64,000 nucleotides of DNA, taken from positions 8,044 through 72,043 of the forward strand of contig JAZLIK010000111.1 in the NCBI GenBank assembly GCA_045617345.1, given 5' to 3'. The position numbers and the translations under genes were made by a program. This document shows positions 46,331 through 55,898 of this stretch, piece by piece. Under the pieces are notes generated by a model. It was not told the DNA's origin. It ran no database searches and saw nothing but the letters and a program-made list of their open reading frames with translations. Source of the DNA: Lachnospiraceae bacterium. GTDB taxonomy: Bacteria; Bacillota; Clostridia; Lachnospirales; Lachnospiraceae. Numbering within the stretch: position 1 is the stretch's first letter; each line of letters begins with the position of its first letter.

Positions 46331-47593
46331 ATGAGTATAGTCAATAGAAATAAGTATCTGACAGTGCTTTTTTTGTTGTTGATATCAATATTGCTTTTTT
46401 CTTGCGGTAATGATGTAAATATAGCAGAGACAGAAAGAACAGAGAATGAGTCAGATGAAGTTTATTTCAATTACTCTATGAGTTTCTGTAAAGGCGGTTT
46501 CTGTTATACAGATATGTATGGAATGGCATATTATACAGATCCTTATACCGGAAATAGTTCTGTTATTTGTGCAAGACCGAATTGTGAGCACAAAAGGGCT
46601 TCATACCTGAACCCGAAGGCAGAATGCGACGGTTGGCTGGGATATATGCCACAGTTCTTGTTCATGACAGATGAAAATGAGTTTTATCTTGTGAAACATG
46701 AATATGACGGCGTTCATACAAAAGGTATGTTTGATCTGTCATTTGTGAGAGCGGATTTAAACGGAAGCAACAGAAAAGTATTGGCAGAACTTGAAAATAC
46801 AGAAAATGCCCTGGCAGCAGCATATGGGAACGGATTGTTCGCGTTTGGATACCGACTGAGCAGTGACATGGAATCAGTCGGAGTTGGAGCAATGGACAGT
46901 TTAGATAAGTTTGTATCCGGTATATATCTGATTGATGTAAAGGATGGAACAAAAAAGAAAATTAGGGAAATTGAGGAGTATCAGGCGTACTGTGGGAATG
47001 TTCATATTATTGGGGACAGACTGTATTATCAGATAAATTATACCAATGAGTATGTTGATTATGACAGAGCTTTTTCTGAAAATCTTCAAGAAAGACTTGA
47101 TTTTGAAGCGGAATTAACCGGGAAAATTGTTACGGAGATGTATTATTATGACATATCATCCGGAATTGAGACCTGCTACTTAAAAACGGGACGTTGTGAA
47201 TCATATGCAGCAGGTGACAGGCAGCTGATAAGAATTGACGGAAGGCTCAAGTATTATGAAGCCGGAATGGAAAAAAATTTGAAAAATGAGATCGCACTGG
47301 AAGAATATTTTGATTTGAACCTGCATTCGTTTTCCGGCATCTATATCAGGGAGGATTCCATACTTATTTTTACGGATGACAGAGTTCTTGAGTATATGTT
47401 TGAAACCGGAGAAATATCTGATTTTGCAAATGGAACATTAAATGGGAAAGAAATTTGCACGGTAAATGCTGAGGTGGGGGATATTGTTTACTATTCTGTT
47501 AAAATAAATGACCATGGGCAGATTGCTTTTAGAAGCGTTAACAAGGAAATGTTTGATAAAGGAGATTTATCAAAAGCAGTAAAGCTGTATTGA
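46331..47593 (+). CDS. lipoprotein, possibly DUF5050-like beta-propeller
   Basis: Lipobox LFSCGN and a VRADLNGSNRKVL-type motif. The family call is tentative. Confidence 0.5.
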   Translation: MSIVNRNKYLTVLFLLLISILLFSCGNDVNIAETERTENESDEVYFNYSMSFCKGGFCYTDMYGMAYYTDPYTGNSSVICARPNCEHKRASYLNPKAECDGWLGYMPQFLFMTDENEFYLVKHEYDGVHTKGMFDLSFVRADLNGSNRKVLAELENTENALAAAYGNGLFAFGYRLSSDMESVGVGAMDSLDKFVSGIYLIDVKDGTKKKIREIEEYQAYCGNVHIIGDRLYYQINYTNEYVDYDRAFSENLQERLDFEAELTGKIVTEMYYYDISSGIETCYLKTGRCESYAAGDRQLIRIDGRLKYYEAGMEKNLKNEIALEEYFDLNLHSFSGIYIREDSILIFTDDRVLEYMFETGEISDFANGTLNGKEICTVNAEVGDIVYYSVKINDHGQIAFRSVNKEMFDKGDLSKAVKLY

Positions 47594-47664
47594 AAGCAGT
47601 AAAGTGAATTCTGAAAAGTTATGTTGAATTCAATATAGTTATATTGAGTAAAGAGGAGATGAAT

Positions 47665-48546
47665 ATGCTACTTGAATTAAGGGGAATAAAAAAGAAATAC
47701 GGAAACAATGTGGCATTGAAGGATTTCTCGTTTTCTTTTACGCCCGGGATATACGGCATTCTGGGACCTAACGGTGCAGGGAAATCTACGCTGATAAATA
47801 TTATCACAGGCAATTTGAGTCAGTCAGCAGGAGTGATATTTCTGGACGGGGAAAATATTAAAAGCATGGGTAAAAGGTATTATGGCAGGATTGGTTTTAT
47901 GCCTCAACAGCAACAGATGCCGGTTGGATTTACTCTGCGGCGGTTTCTTTGGTATATGGGTGGACTAAAGGGGCTTGATAAATATGAGACAGAATCGGAA
48001 ATACAGAGTCTTGTAAAAAAAGTGAATCTGGAGTCTGATCTGGATAAAAAACTGACGGTTTTTTCAGGAGGAATGAAACAGCGTGCATTACTGGTTCAGG
48101 CAATGATGGGACATCCGGATATTTTAATACTTGATGAACCGACAGCCGGGCTTGATCCGGTAGAAAGAGTGCGTTTTAGAAATCTTGTTTCGAAGGTAGC
48201 ATTTGAAAAGACAGTTCTTTTGGCGACACATGTGGTATCGGATATTCAGTATGTTGCGAATGAGGTTATCGTATTGAAAAAGGGATGCATACTGGAATCA
48301 GGTACTCCGTGGGAGTTATGTGAAGGATTAAAAGGAAAAGTATTTGAAGCTGTGGTATCTGAAAAAGAAATAAATGAAGTTGAAAAGGACTTCAAAATTG
48401 CGGATATGGTAAAGGACAGAGACAAGATAAGAATAAGAATTATCAGTGAGAGAAAACCTGAAGAGTATGAATATACAGAATTGAAGCCTACACTTGAGGA
48501 TGTATATCTAACACTGTGTGAACCGAGTATGATGTACCAATACTGA
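47665..48546 (+). CDS. ABC transporter ATP-binding protein (ABC-2/NatA-like), paralog of 29411..30205
   Basis: GPNGAGKST, FSGGMKQRA, ILILDEPTAGLD. ATG 47665 lies 6 nt after AAGAGGAG. Confidence 0.85.
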   Translation: MLLELRGIKKKYGNNVALKDFSFSFTPGIYGILGPNGAGKSTLINIITGNLSQSAGVIFLDGENIKSMGKRYYGRIGFMPQQQQMPVGFTLRRFLWYMGGLKGLDKYETESEIQSLVKKVNLESDLDKKLTVFSGGMKQRALLVQAMMGHPDILILDEPTAGLDPVERVRFRNLVSKVAFEKTVLLATHVVSDIQYVANEVIVLKKGCILESGTPWELCEGLKGKVFEAVVSEKEINEVEKDFKIADMVKDRDKIRIRIISERKPEEYEYTELKPTLEDVYLTLCEPSMMYQY

Positions 48547-48570
48547 CGAATCGTTCAGTTGACTAAAATT

Positions 48571-48657
48571 TAGTCACAGTCGGATGATAATGAACGCTAG
48601 CCGGAAGCTTGCTTCAGGGTTTATGAATGCGTTTTGGCCGGGCTGTGAATGGTATCC
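48571..48657 (-). repeat. internally deleted derivative of the MITE-like family
   Basis: TAGTCACAGTCGGATGATAATG..GGAAGCTTGCTTCAGG..TTATGAATGCGTTTTGGCCGGGCTGTGAATGGTATC. Confidence 0.6.
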
Positions 48658-48712
48658 GAAGAAATGCGTGTATCATTAGGCGTCAGCTCTTTTGACACCA
48701 TAATCATAGTAT
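48658..48712 (+). promoter_or_regulatory. conserved box, copy 2
   Basis: Near-identical to 44478-44532. Ends about 20 nt before the RBS of the 48733 membrane protein gene. Confidence 0.55.
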
Positions 48713-48732
48713 ATTTATCGGGAGAAGGTTAT

Positions 48733-50829
48733 ATGTTATTTGTTAATGAATTCAGGCGTCTTTGGACAAATCCGAGATTCCTGTTTTTTTTATTTGTGAT
48801 GTGTCTGGCAGAGATAGTGGTACTCTGCTTACAGGCATCATCAGGGATAACTTACAAGGTTGAATCATATCGTAATTTCTATGAGATGATAGGTGAGGAT
48901 TCAAAATCGCAGGATATTCAAGAAAATCCGGATATTTCGTTTTATATGGATAGTGTAGCGAAGCTTAATGACGATAATGGAATACTTGCGACGGCGGATT
49001 TGCAGAGACTTCTCACAGAAGAAATCAATTCGGTATATAGCTATCGTGAGTACATATCTGAAATAAGTGAACAGGCACAAAAAATGTCTTCTTTGTTCAT
49101 ATTCCGGCATGATGATGAGTTTTCTCAGAGGAATATTTTGAAAACTTATGATAGGTATAATGGACTTGAAAACCTGAAACCGGAACTCGGACCGTCGCGA
49201 GGTGTGGAGCTGTTTTCAGAATGTTTTGGTACAGGTATTCTTTTGATACTTTGTATGCTGTTTATGGTAAATGAATTAATTTTATGTGACAGAGAGAGTG
49301 GCTTTCTACAATTATGCTTTCCGACCGTCAGAGGAAGACATGCTCACGGGATTGCAGTTATTACAGTAGGATTAATATCATGCTTCATAGTTACCGCATT
49401 ACTAATGACGGTCTGTTTGGTGACATGTAATGAACTGTTCGGAATAGGGAATATTTTTCGTACTGTTCAATCTGTAAGAGGTTTGAAATCATGTCCATAC
49501 AGAATAAGTCTTGCAGAGTATTTTTTTATATCATTAGTCTTTAGAATGTTTTCATCTTTTTTGTTTTTTTTACTCTTCAATCTGTTTTCGGTAATATTTT
49601 CTTCACAGGTATTTGTGTATAGCATTACGATATTGACAACTGGTATTGAAATGGCATGTTACTATTTGATTGATGATAACAGTTATCTGGTGCTGCTTAA
49701 AAGGATTAATCCTGTTTCGTTTGCGGATTCGGGCGGATATCTTAATTCATTTTATTGCCTAAATTTACGAGGTAACCCGATTGAATATGTTCTCGTGGTT
49801 GGAATATTAGTGCCAGTATTGATAACGGTCCTGATTCCGGTTGACGTTGTTATGTACACAAAGCAGAATTCTGTGACAGACCGTAAATCACCCGCGAATA
49901 TGAAAGTAAGCGGCAGATGCAGACACCGTTATTTATCTGTTTTTATACATGAGATGTATAGACTGCTGGTAAACGGAAAAGTGGGTCTTGTACTGACTGC
50001 GTTTGCGATTATTCAGTTTGTGACATTTGAACCAATGCACGAGTATTTTGAAAATGAAGATGCGGTTTATTATAAGAAATATATTACTATGCTTCTTGGT
50101 GAGGTAACCGAAGAAAAGAAGGAATATATCGAAGCTGAAAAAATAGCTGTTGAGAACGCAGAATTCCAATTGGAACTGCTGATGCATACGAATGCACGAA
50201 GTTTTTCAGAGAATTATTTACAAACGGTAAGTGAAAAACTGAAATGGAGAAATGCACTTATTGAGGTTGATGACAAGAAAAATGAGCTGATTGCGACAGG
50301 AGGAGATTTTGTGCATGAAACAGGATACAGATTTTTAACAGGAAATCTTGGACATGATAAAATTATCATACTTGATACAATAGCAGCTATAATGACAGTT
50401 TTATGTATTACCGGACTGTTTGCAAACGATGATTGTATCAGCTTTGACAGAATTACGTCTGTGTGTCTCAAGGGTGGAAGCAGACTCATGCGAAAAAAAC
50501 TTCTTTTGGGAACGTGTATATTGTCTGTTGTTTGGAGCTTGAACTATCTGCCGTATATTTATAATGTTTTACATACATATGGTTTTGCCGGGGCGACATC
50601 TCCGGCAGTATCACTGACACATCTAAAGGACAGTCTTGTTGCTCAGACGGGCATCTCTGTCAGAGGTTATCTGATACTGTTTTATTTTGTGAGATATATG
50701 ATTATGGTTTTGGAGATGTGCTTGATTACAAGAGTATCACGGAGGGTGAGAAGCTACGGACGTACTATGATTACCGGAATATGTGTTTTTGGCGGTCCTA
50801 TAGTTATTGCATTTGTGATGAAGGTTTGA
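48733..50829 (+). CDS. polytopic membrane protein, putative duplicated ABC-2/NatB-like permease, paralogous in layout to 27233..29218
   Basis: Two multi-TM halves around a soluble coiled-coil segment. ATG 48733 follows GGAGAAGG. Sequence upstream of it within the listed ORF is repeat/regulatory DNA. Confidence 0.65.
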   Translation: MLFVNEFRRLWTNPRFLFFLFVMCLAEIVVLCLQASSGITYKVESYRNFYEMIGEDSKSQDIQENPDISFYMDSVAKLNDDNGILATADLQRLLTEEINSVYSYREYISEISEQAQKMSSLFIFRHDDEFSQRNILKTYDRYNGLENLKPELGPSRGVELFSECFGTGILLILCMLFMVNELILCDRESGFLQLCFPTVRGRHAHGIAVITVGLISCFIVTALLMTVCLVTCNELFGIGNIFRTVQSVRGLKSCPYRISLAEYFFISLVFRMFSSFLFFLLFNLFSVIFSSQVFVYSITILTTGIEMACYYLIDDNSYLVLLKRINPVSFADSGGYLNSFYCLNLRGNPIEYVLVVGILVPVLITVLIPVDVVMYTKQNSVTDRKSPANMKVSGRCRHRYLSVFIHEMYRLLVNGKVGLVLTAFAIIQFVTFEPMHEYFENEDAVYYKKYITMLLGEVTEEKKEYIEAEKIAVENAEFQLELLMHTNARSFSENYLQTVSEKLKWRNALIEVDDKKNELIATGGDFVHETGYRFLTGNLGHDKIIILDTIAAIMTVLCITGLFANDDCISFDRITSVCLKGGSRLMRKKLLLGTCILSVVWSLNYLPYIYNVLHTYGFAGATSPAVSLTHLKDSLVAQTGISVRGYLILFYFVRYMIMVLEMCLITRVSRRVRSYGRTMITGICVFGGPIVIAFVMKV

Positions 50830-50950
50830 GAGGCTGAAAATTTATTGTTATTTTTGGCAGGAAGATAAAAATCTTTTGCCGGATTTTTGAATTTTTTCAT
50901 GGACATAACTGTCAGTTTTGTTTTTGAACGGATTGTAAATAAAAAAACTC

Positions 50951-50979
50951 TTAACTTGACGGGAGTTTTCGGTTATAAT
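50951..50979 (+). promoter_or_regulatory. candidate promoter for the HD-GYP/GGDEF gene
   Basis: TTAACT, a 17-nt spacer, then TATAAT, about 50 nt upstream of ATG 51032. Confidence 0.4.
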
Positions 50980-51031
50980 ACTTTTGTAGCCCAATATCAC
51001 AACATTGTGTAATCAGGAATGGTATATTGAT

Positions 51032-53722
51032 ATGGAAAATTTCATTATTATTTTATATATTATCCTTACGTTTGTAGCGACATTTGAATTCTTTAGTGTG
51101 TACAGACAAACGCCGTCCCCGTCACAAAAGATACTGCTTCTGTTAGTTACCACCAATTTACTGTTTATATTCGGATATACTTATTCGCTGGTATCCTTTG
51201 ACACCGGTTCTTATTTCATGTCATCGATTGTGGAACATATCGGTGCAGTCTATATAGGTTTTGGTTTTGTCCATTACATTTGTGCAAACTGCGGCTATAC
51301 GATTAAGAAATGGCAGTATGTTTTGATGCTGTCATTCAATCTGATTGTTATTTCTTTTTTCTGTACGGATTTTCGACTTCATCTAATGTATTCATCCATA
51401 GAACTGATTCCAAACGGCAATATAGTTGAGCCGAGTATAGTACACGGTCCGCTTTTTATAAGCTATGTGATATTGATGCTTGCATACTTTTTGATTATTC
51501 TGGGTCTGGCTGTATACAGCCGCAAAAAGAAGGAGTACATATACGATAATGTGATTTTGCGTAAGAATCTATTCTGTGTTTTGAATGTTTCGGTAGGTAT
51601 TGCTGTATCGTTTGTATTTGACTTATTCAGATTTATACCTGTTGATATATCTACAATCATTACGGTAATGGGAGTAGCATTTGTTCTTCGCACAAACAGA
51701 ACCTATCCTGCTTATTCGCTCAAGACAAATACACAGGAAGATATTCTTAATGAACTGAGTGATATGATTCTTGTAACCGACAAAAATGACGGTTTTCTGT
51801 TTGCCAACAAGGCCTGCAAGGAATATCTGAACGATGAGCTGGTAAATGTTTCCAATATGATGCCTATAACGGATTTGGGACCGAAAACTTCGTTGCTTCT
51901 GACAGCCGACAGCGGTGAAGTGATTACAATAAATAATCTGAAATTCGCTTTTTCAATTATTAAATCGAATTATAATGAGGAAATCGAAGGCACAATCAGA
52001 TGGTTCAAGGATGTAACCCGTGAGCATCAGTATATTACCGAACTGGAATATCTGAGAAATAATCTGGCGGAAGAAGTTGCCATACAGACGAAGGAGGTCA
52101 GACGGAGACAGAAAGAAGTCGAGGAATTGTCTATGCAGATGGTTGTCACGCTGGCCGATGCCATTGATGCCAAAGATGCATATACAAAGGGACATTCCAC
52201 CAGGGTATCATGTTATTCGGTTCTGCTTGGCAGAAAACTGGGACTTTCAGATAAAGAACTGGAAAACCTCCGTTATGCCGCAATTCTGCACGATATAGGT
52301 AAAATCGGTGTTCCGGATGTGATTCTGAACAAGCCGGAGAGACTTACCGAGACTGAATACAGCCTTATTAAGACACATACATCAATAGGCGGTGAAATAC
52401 TTAAAAGCTCAAATACCATAAAGGATGCTGCGCTGATTGCCAGACATCATCATGAAAAATATGACGGAACGGGTTATCCTGACGGTCTTGTCGGCGAAGC
52501 CATTCCGTATGTATCGCGAATAGTTGCTATTGCGGATGCCTATGATGCCATGAATTCGTCGCGTGTTTATCGAAAAAAACTGGATCCGCTGCGTATCAGA
52601 GATGAACTTGTTCGGGGAAAGGGAAAGCAGTTCGACCCGCATATGACGGATGTTTTTATTCAGATGATTGATGCGGATGAACTTATAACGGAGCCCGGCA
52701 GGAATGAGGAAAATGATGATAACAATAACGTATCAATGGCTAAAGAATCAGGCGAACTGTTAAGAAAAGTCATGGAACAGATTGCCCTCGGCGCTGCGGA
52801 GGAAGAGTATGACCTTGTTACGGGACTTCTTACCAGAAATGTCGGCGAACGAAAGATTTTCGAAGCAATGAGGAAGAAGACGGGCGGTTTCGTCTTCTTT
52901 GACGTAGACAATCTAAAGAAAATCAATGATACATACGGCCATGAGGCGGGCGATGCCGCATTAAGCATGGTTGGTCATATTCTGAAAGAAATACCGGGGA
53001 ATATCGCATGTCGACTCGGCGGGGATGAGTTTCTTGCTTTTTTTGAAGAAATGGACGAGTCGGATATTGTAAGGACAGTCTCTGAAATCATCGAGCGGTA
53101 TATGAAATTAAAAAACGAAAACCCTGTCACAAGAGCCGCCTCCATTTCGGCGGGAATTGTTATGACGGATACAGACAGCATTTACGAGGAAGTATATAAT
53201 CATGCTGACAAAGCGTTGTATCATGTTAAGCAAAACGGAAAAGCAGGTTATTTTATCTATGGTGAAAAGGAAAGAGAAAGCGAAGACGATTCCGTCAATA
53301 TTAATCTGTTGCAGAAATCAATAGTTGCAAGCGGCTCATACGAAGGTGCGATGGATGTTGAATATCGACAGTTTACAAAGCTGTACGAATACACAAAAAA
53401 TATATGCGAGCGATATGATTTTGAGTTACGACTGATTATGATTACCATGGCGTCAAAGCAGAAAAGTCCGGTATCTTTCGAAGAAACCGAAACTGCTATG
53501 AAGTATATGGAACAAAGCATTAATGAATGCATAAGAAATGTTGATATTTTTTCAAGGTACGGCAAGAATAAATTTATTCTTATCTGCCTTAATGCCAATG
53601 AAGAACAGATTAATTTGCTGATAAAGCGTGTAATAAGCAGATTTTACAAAATTTGCGGTTCAAGTATATTTGAGCCGGTTTATGAAGTGGCATCAAATCC
53701 GGAAACAGGTCATAAGTCGTAA
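51032..53722 (+). CDS. membrane-anchored HD-GYP / GGDEF signalling protein
   Basis: N-terminal 7-TM region, HD-GYP motifs (HDIGK, HHHEKYDGTGYP), GGDEF motif (RLGGDEFLAF), and a C-terminal degenerate GGDEF-like domain. Confidence 0.85.
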   Translation: MENFIIILYIILTFVATFEFFSVYRQTPSPSQKILLLLVTTNLLFIFGYTYSLVSFDTGSYFMSSIVEHIGAVYIGFGFVHYICANCGYTIKKWQYVLMLSFNLIVISFFCTDFRLHLMYSSIELIPNGNIVEPSIVHGPLFISYVILMLAYFLIILGLAVYSRKKKEYIYDNVILRKNLFCVLNVSVGIAVSFVFDLFRFIPVDISTIITVMGVAFVLRTNRTYPAYSLKTNTQEDILNELSDMILVTDKNDGFLFANKACKEYLNDELVNVSNMMPITDLGPKTSLLLTADSGEVITINNLKFAFSIIKSNYNEEIEGTIRWFKDVTREHQYITELEYLRNNLAEEVAIQTKEVRRRQKEVEELSMQMVVTLADAIDAKDAYTKGHSTRVSCYSVLLGRKLGLSDKELENLRYAAILHDIGKIGVPDVILNKPERLTETEYSLIKTHTSIGGEILKSSNTIKDAALIARHHHEKYDGTGYPDGLVGEAIPYVSRIVAIADAYDAMNSSRVYRKKLDPLRIRDELVRGKGKQFDPHMTDVFIQMIDADELITEPGRNEENDDNNNVSMAKESGELLRKVMEQIALGAAEEEYDLVTGLLTRNVGERKIFEAMRKKTGGFVFFDVDNLKKINDTYGHEAGDAALSMVGHILKEIPGNIACRLGGDEFLAFFEEMDESDIVRTVSEIIERYMKLKNENPVTRAASISAGIVMTDTDSIYEEVYNHADKALYHVKQNGKAGYFIYGEKERESEDDSVNINLLQKSIVASGSYEGAMDVEYRQFTKLYEYTKNICERYDFELRLIMITMASKQKSPVSFEETETAMKYMEQSINECIRNVDIFSRYGKNKFILICLNANEEQINLLIKRVISRFYKICGSSIFEPVYEVASNPETGHKS

Positions 53723-53746
53723 AATGTTAACGGGTAATAATAATGA

Positions 53747-53788
53747 CAAAGAGACGCAGATTGCAGTAGTAATCTGTGTCTCTTTTTG
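53747..53788 (+). terminator. Rho-independent terminator
   Basis: AAAGAGACGCAGATT..AATCTGTGTCTCTTTTT. Confidence 0.8.
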
Positions 53789-53842
53789 GTATAATATTGC
53801 TATTCACAGCGGGGCGAAAATGAACACAGGTCGTTACTATTC

Positions 53843-54025
53843 ACAGTCGGGTAATAATAAACGCAAGCCCGAGAGTTTGCTCTCGAGCTTGCGGATATTA
53901 TTATCCGACTATGGAGGTCTGATAAAATGCATGAGATAAGCTTTCGGGTGCGAAGCGGAGGCTGGCTGCGCATGCAGACATATGAATGCTTTTTGGATGG
54001 GCTGTGAATAATAAAATATTATCGA
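53843..54025 (-). mobile_element. MITE-like element, full-length copy in inverted orientation (183 bp)
   Basis: Matches the reverse complement of 20461..20645 module by module: TIR, CAGTCGG..palindrome, ATGAATGCTTTTTGG, CTGTGAATAATAA. Confidence 0.65.
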
Positions 54026-54084
54026 AATAAAGAAGACGGCAGGCGACCGTTTTCGATAATACGGTAATGAAGGCGAGGAAAAAT

Positions 54085-55767
54085 ATGGAATTTTTAAATG
54101 CGGAAAAAGCGGAAAAAAAGGAACGTCCTGTAAGAGTGCTTCAGTACGGAGAGGGCAATTTTCTTCGTGCTTTTGCTGACTATATGTTTGATGTGGCAAA
54201 TGAAAAGGGTGTTTTTGACGGTGATATAGTAATCGTTAAGCCCAGAAATTTAGGAAGTCTTGAAAAATTTAAGAAGCAGGACAGCTGTTATACCGTCTGC
54301 TTCAGGGGAATTAAGAATGGTAAACCGGGTATTTCAAAGAGAGTGGTGACAGCTGTGAAGGAGACACTCAGTGCTTACGATGATTATGGCAGATATATGG
54401 CATATGCACATCTTGATACACTGAGATTTATTGTTTCAAACACTACCGAGGCCGGGATTGTTTATGATGAAAAGGACAGGCTGGAGGATATGCCCCAACA
54501 GACTTATCCGGGAAAGCTTTGCAGATTCCTGTACGAAAGATACGTGTTTTTTTCCGGAGCGGCAGATAAAGGTCTCATTGTTTTGCCTGTTGAACTGATA
54601 GACAATAATGGGACAGAGCTGAAAAAATGTGTAATGAAGCATGCCGAGAAATGGGGGCTTACTCATGCATTTATGAAGTGGCTGGATGAGTCCTGCATAT
54701 TTGCTTCCACGCTTGTGGACAGGATAGTTCCGGGATTCCCGAAGGATGAGGCTGAGAAGCTTTTTAACGAATGGGGATACCGTGATGACCTTGCTGTTAC
54801 TGCGGAGCCTTACGGTCTGTGGATAATTGAATCGGAGAAGGACATCTCAAAGGAACTGCCGTTAAAGGAAGCAGGGATGGACATCGTGTTTACTGATGAC
54901 CTGAAACCTTACAAAAAGCGTAAGGTCAGAATTCTGAACGGTGCACATACTTCGTTTGTGCCGGCTTCGTTTCTGGCAGGAAATGATTATGTCAGACAGT
55001 CAATGGAAGATGATGATATCAGCAGTTTCATGAAGAAAACTCTTTTTGACGAGATAATTCCGGCACTTGTAGAAAGTGAGAAAAGACCTGAAGGTACATT
55101 GTCAGGAGAGTCTGAATGTAAGGAAAGACCTGAAGGTATACCGGCAGGAGAGTCTGAATGTAAGGAAAAAACTGAAGGTGTATTTTCGGGAGAGTCGGAG
55201 AGCGGAGAAGGAAGGACTGAGTTTGTAAATGTGACGAATTCGGAAAAAGAGGCATCCGTTGAAAAAGATAACGCATCGGCGTCTTTTGAGGATGAATGCA
55301 GACAGTTCGCTGAAGATGTCATTACGAGATTTATGAATCCGTATGTGAAACATATGCATATGTCGATTGCGCTTAACTCCGTGTCAAAGTGGAGAACAAG
55401 ATGCCTTCCGAGCCTTCTGGACTATGTGAAGTATTTCGGAAAGCTTCCCGTTTGCCTGACGTTTTCACTGGCAGCGCTGATGGAGCTTTATACGGGTAAT
55501 GAGGTAAAGGATGGATTCCTGATCTGTCACAGAGGAAGTGAGGAATACAGAATATCGGATGATGCCGCAGTTCTGGACTTCTTTGCGAAGCATTCTCAGG
55601 AACAGCCCGAGAGCTTTGTCAATGCTTTGTTTGAAAGAGAGGATTTTTTCGGAATCCGTCCGGATGAGATTCCGGGTTTTGCGGATGCGGTAACTGAGAA
55701 TTTGAAGCGCATCAGACAGGAAGGAAGCAGAAATGTGATTCGAGTGTTTTTGTCCGATTATGAGTGA
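54085..55767 (+). CDS. uxaB: tagaturonate reductase (altronate oxidoreductase) with an internal repeat insertion
   Basis: Mannitol-dehydrogenase-family N-terminus VLQYGEGNFLRAF, RFMNPYVKH, and a position next to uxaA. Contains a 3 x 42-bp in-frame repeat. Confidence 0.8.
   Translation: MEFLNAEKAEKKERPVRVLQYGEGNFLRAFADYMFDVANEKGVFDGDIVIVKPRNLGSLEKFKKQDSCYTVCFRGIKNGKPGISKRVVTAVKETLSAYDDYGRYMAYAHLDTLRFIVSNTTEAGIVYDEKDRLEDMPQQTYPGKLCRFLYERYVFFSGAADKGLIVLPVELIDNNGTELKKCVMKHAEKWGLTHAFMKWLDESCIFASTLVDRIVPGFPKDEAEKLFNEWGYRDDLAVTAEPYGLWIIESEKDISKELPLKEAGMDIVFTDDLKPYKKRKVRILNGAHTSFVPASFLAGNDYVRQSMEDDDISSFMKKTLFDEIIPALVESEKRPEGTLSGESECKERPEGIPAGESECKEKTEGVFSGESESGEGRTEFVNVTNSEKEASVEKDNASASFEDECRQFAEDVITRFMNPYVKHMHMSIALNSVSKWRTRCLPSLLDYVKYFGKLPVCLTFSLAALMELYTGNEVKDGFLICHRGSEEYRISDDAAVLDFFAKHSQEQPESFVNALFEREDFFGIRPDEIPGFADAVTENLKRIRQEGSRNVIRVFLSDYE
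55084..55209 (+). repeat. in-frame intragenic tandem repeat, 42 bp x 3, inside uxaB
   Basis: AGACCTGAAGGTACATTGTCAGGAGAGTCTGAATGTAAGGAA and two variants. Encodes RPEGTLSGESECKE / RPEGIPAGESECKE / KTEGVFSGESESGE. Confidence 0.9.
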
Positions 55768-55870
55768 GTTATGTTCAGACTGTGGATAGTAACATGAGCC
55801 TGAGTTATGTTCAGACTGTGGATAGTAACATAGGCCTGAGTGTTGGACGGACTGTAACAGAATAGCAACC
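55765..55870. repeat. tandem array, 36-bp unit x 3, with each unit starting with TGA and the first being the uxaB stop
   Basis: TGAGTTATGTTCAGACTGTGGATAGTAACAT(GA/AG)GCC twice, then TGAGTGTTGGACGGACTGTAACAGAATAGCAACC. Confidence 0.85.
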
Positions 55871-55898
55871 GGGGCTGAGATGAGCGGAGCAGATTAGT

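Noticed and set aside
53789-53800. TGGTATAAT immediately after the terminator at 53747-53788, considered as an extended -10 promoter.
   Set aside because: There is no usable -35, and it overlaps the terminator U-tract. The next gene is about 290 nt away, behind a MITE copy. The case is too weak to call.
54028-54070. The inverted repeat TTATCGAAA-N22-TTTCGATAA upstream of uxaB, considered as a sugar-acid regulator operator.
   Set aside because: It does not resemble the GntR or LacI-type operators I know, the spacing is atypical, and there is only a single occurrence. It is not supportable without comparative data.
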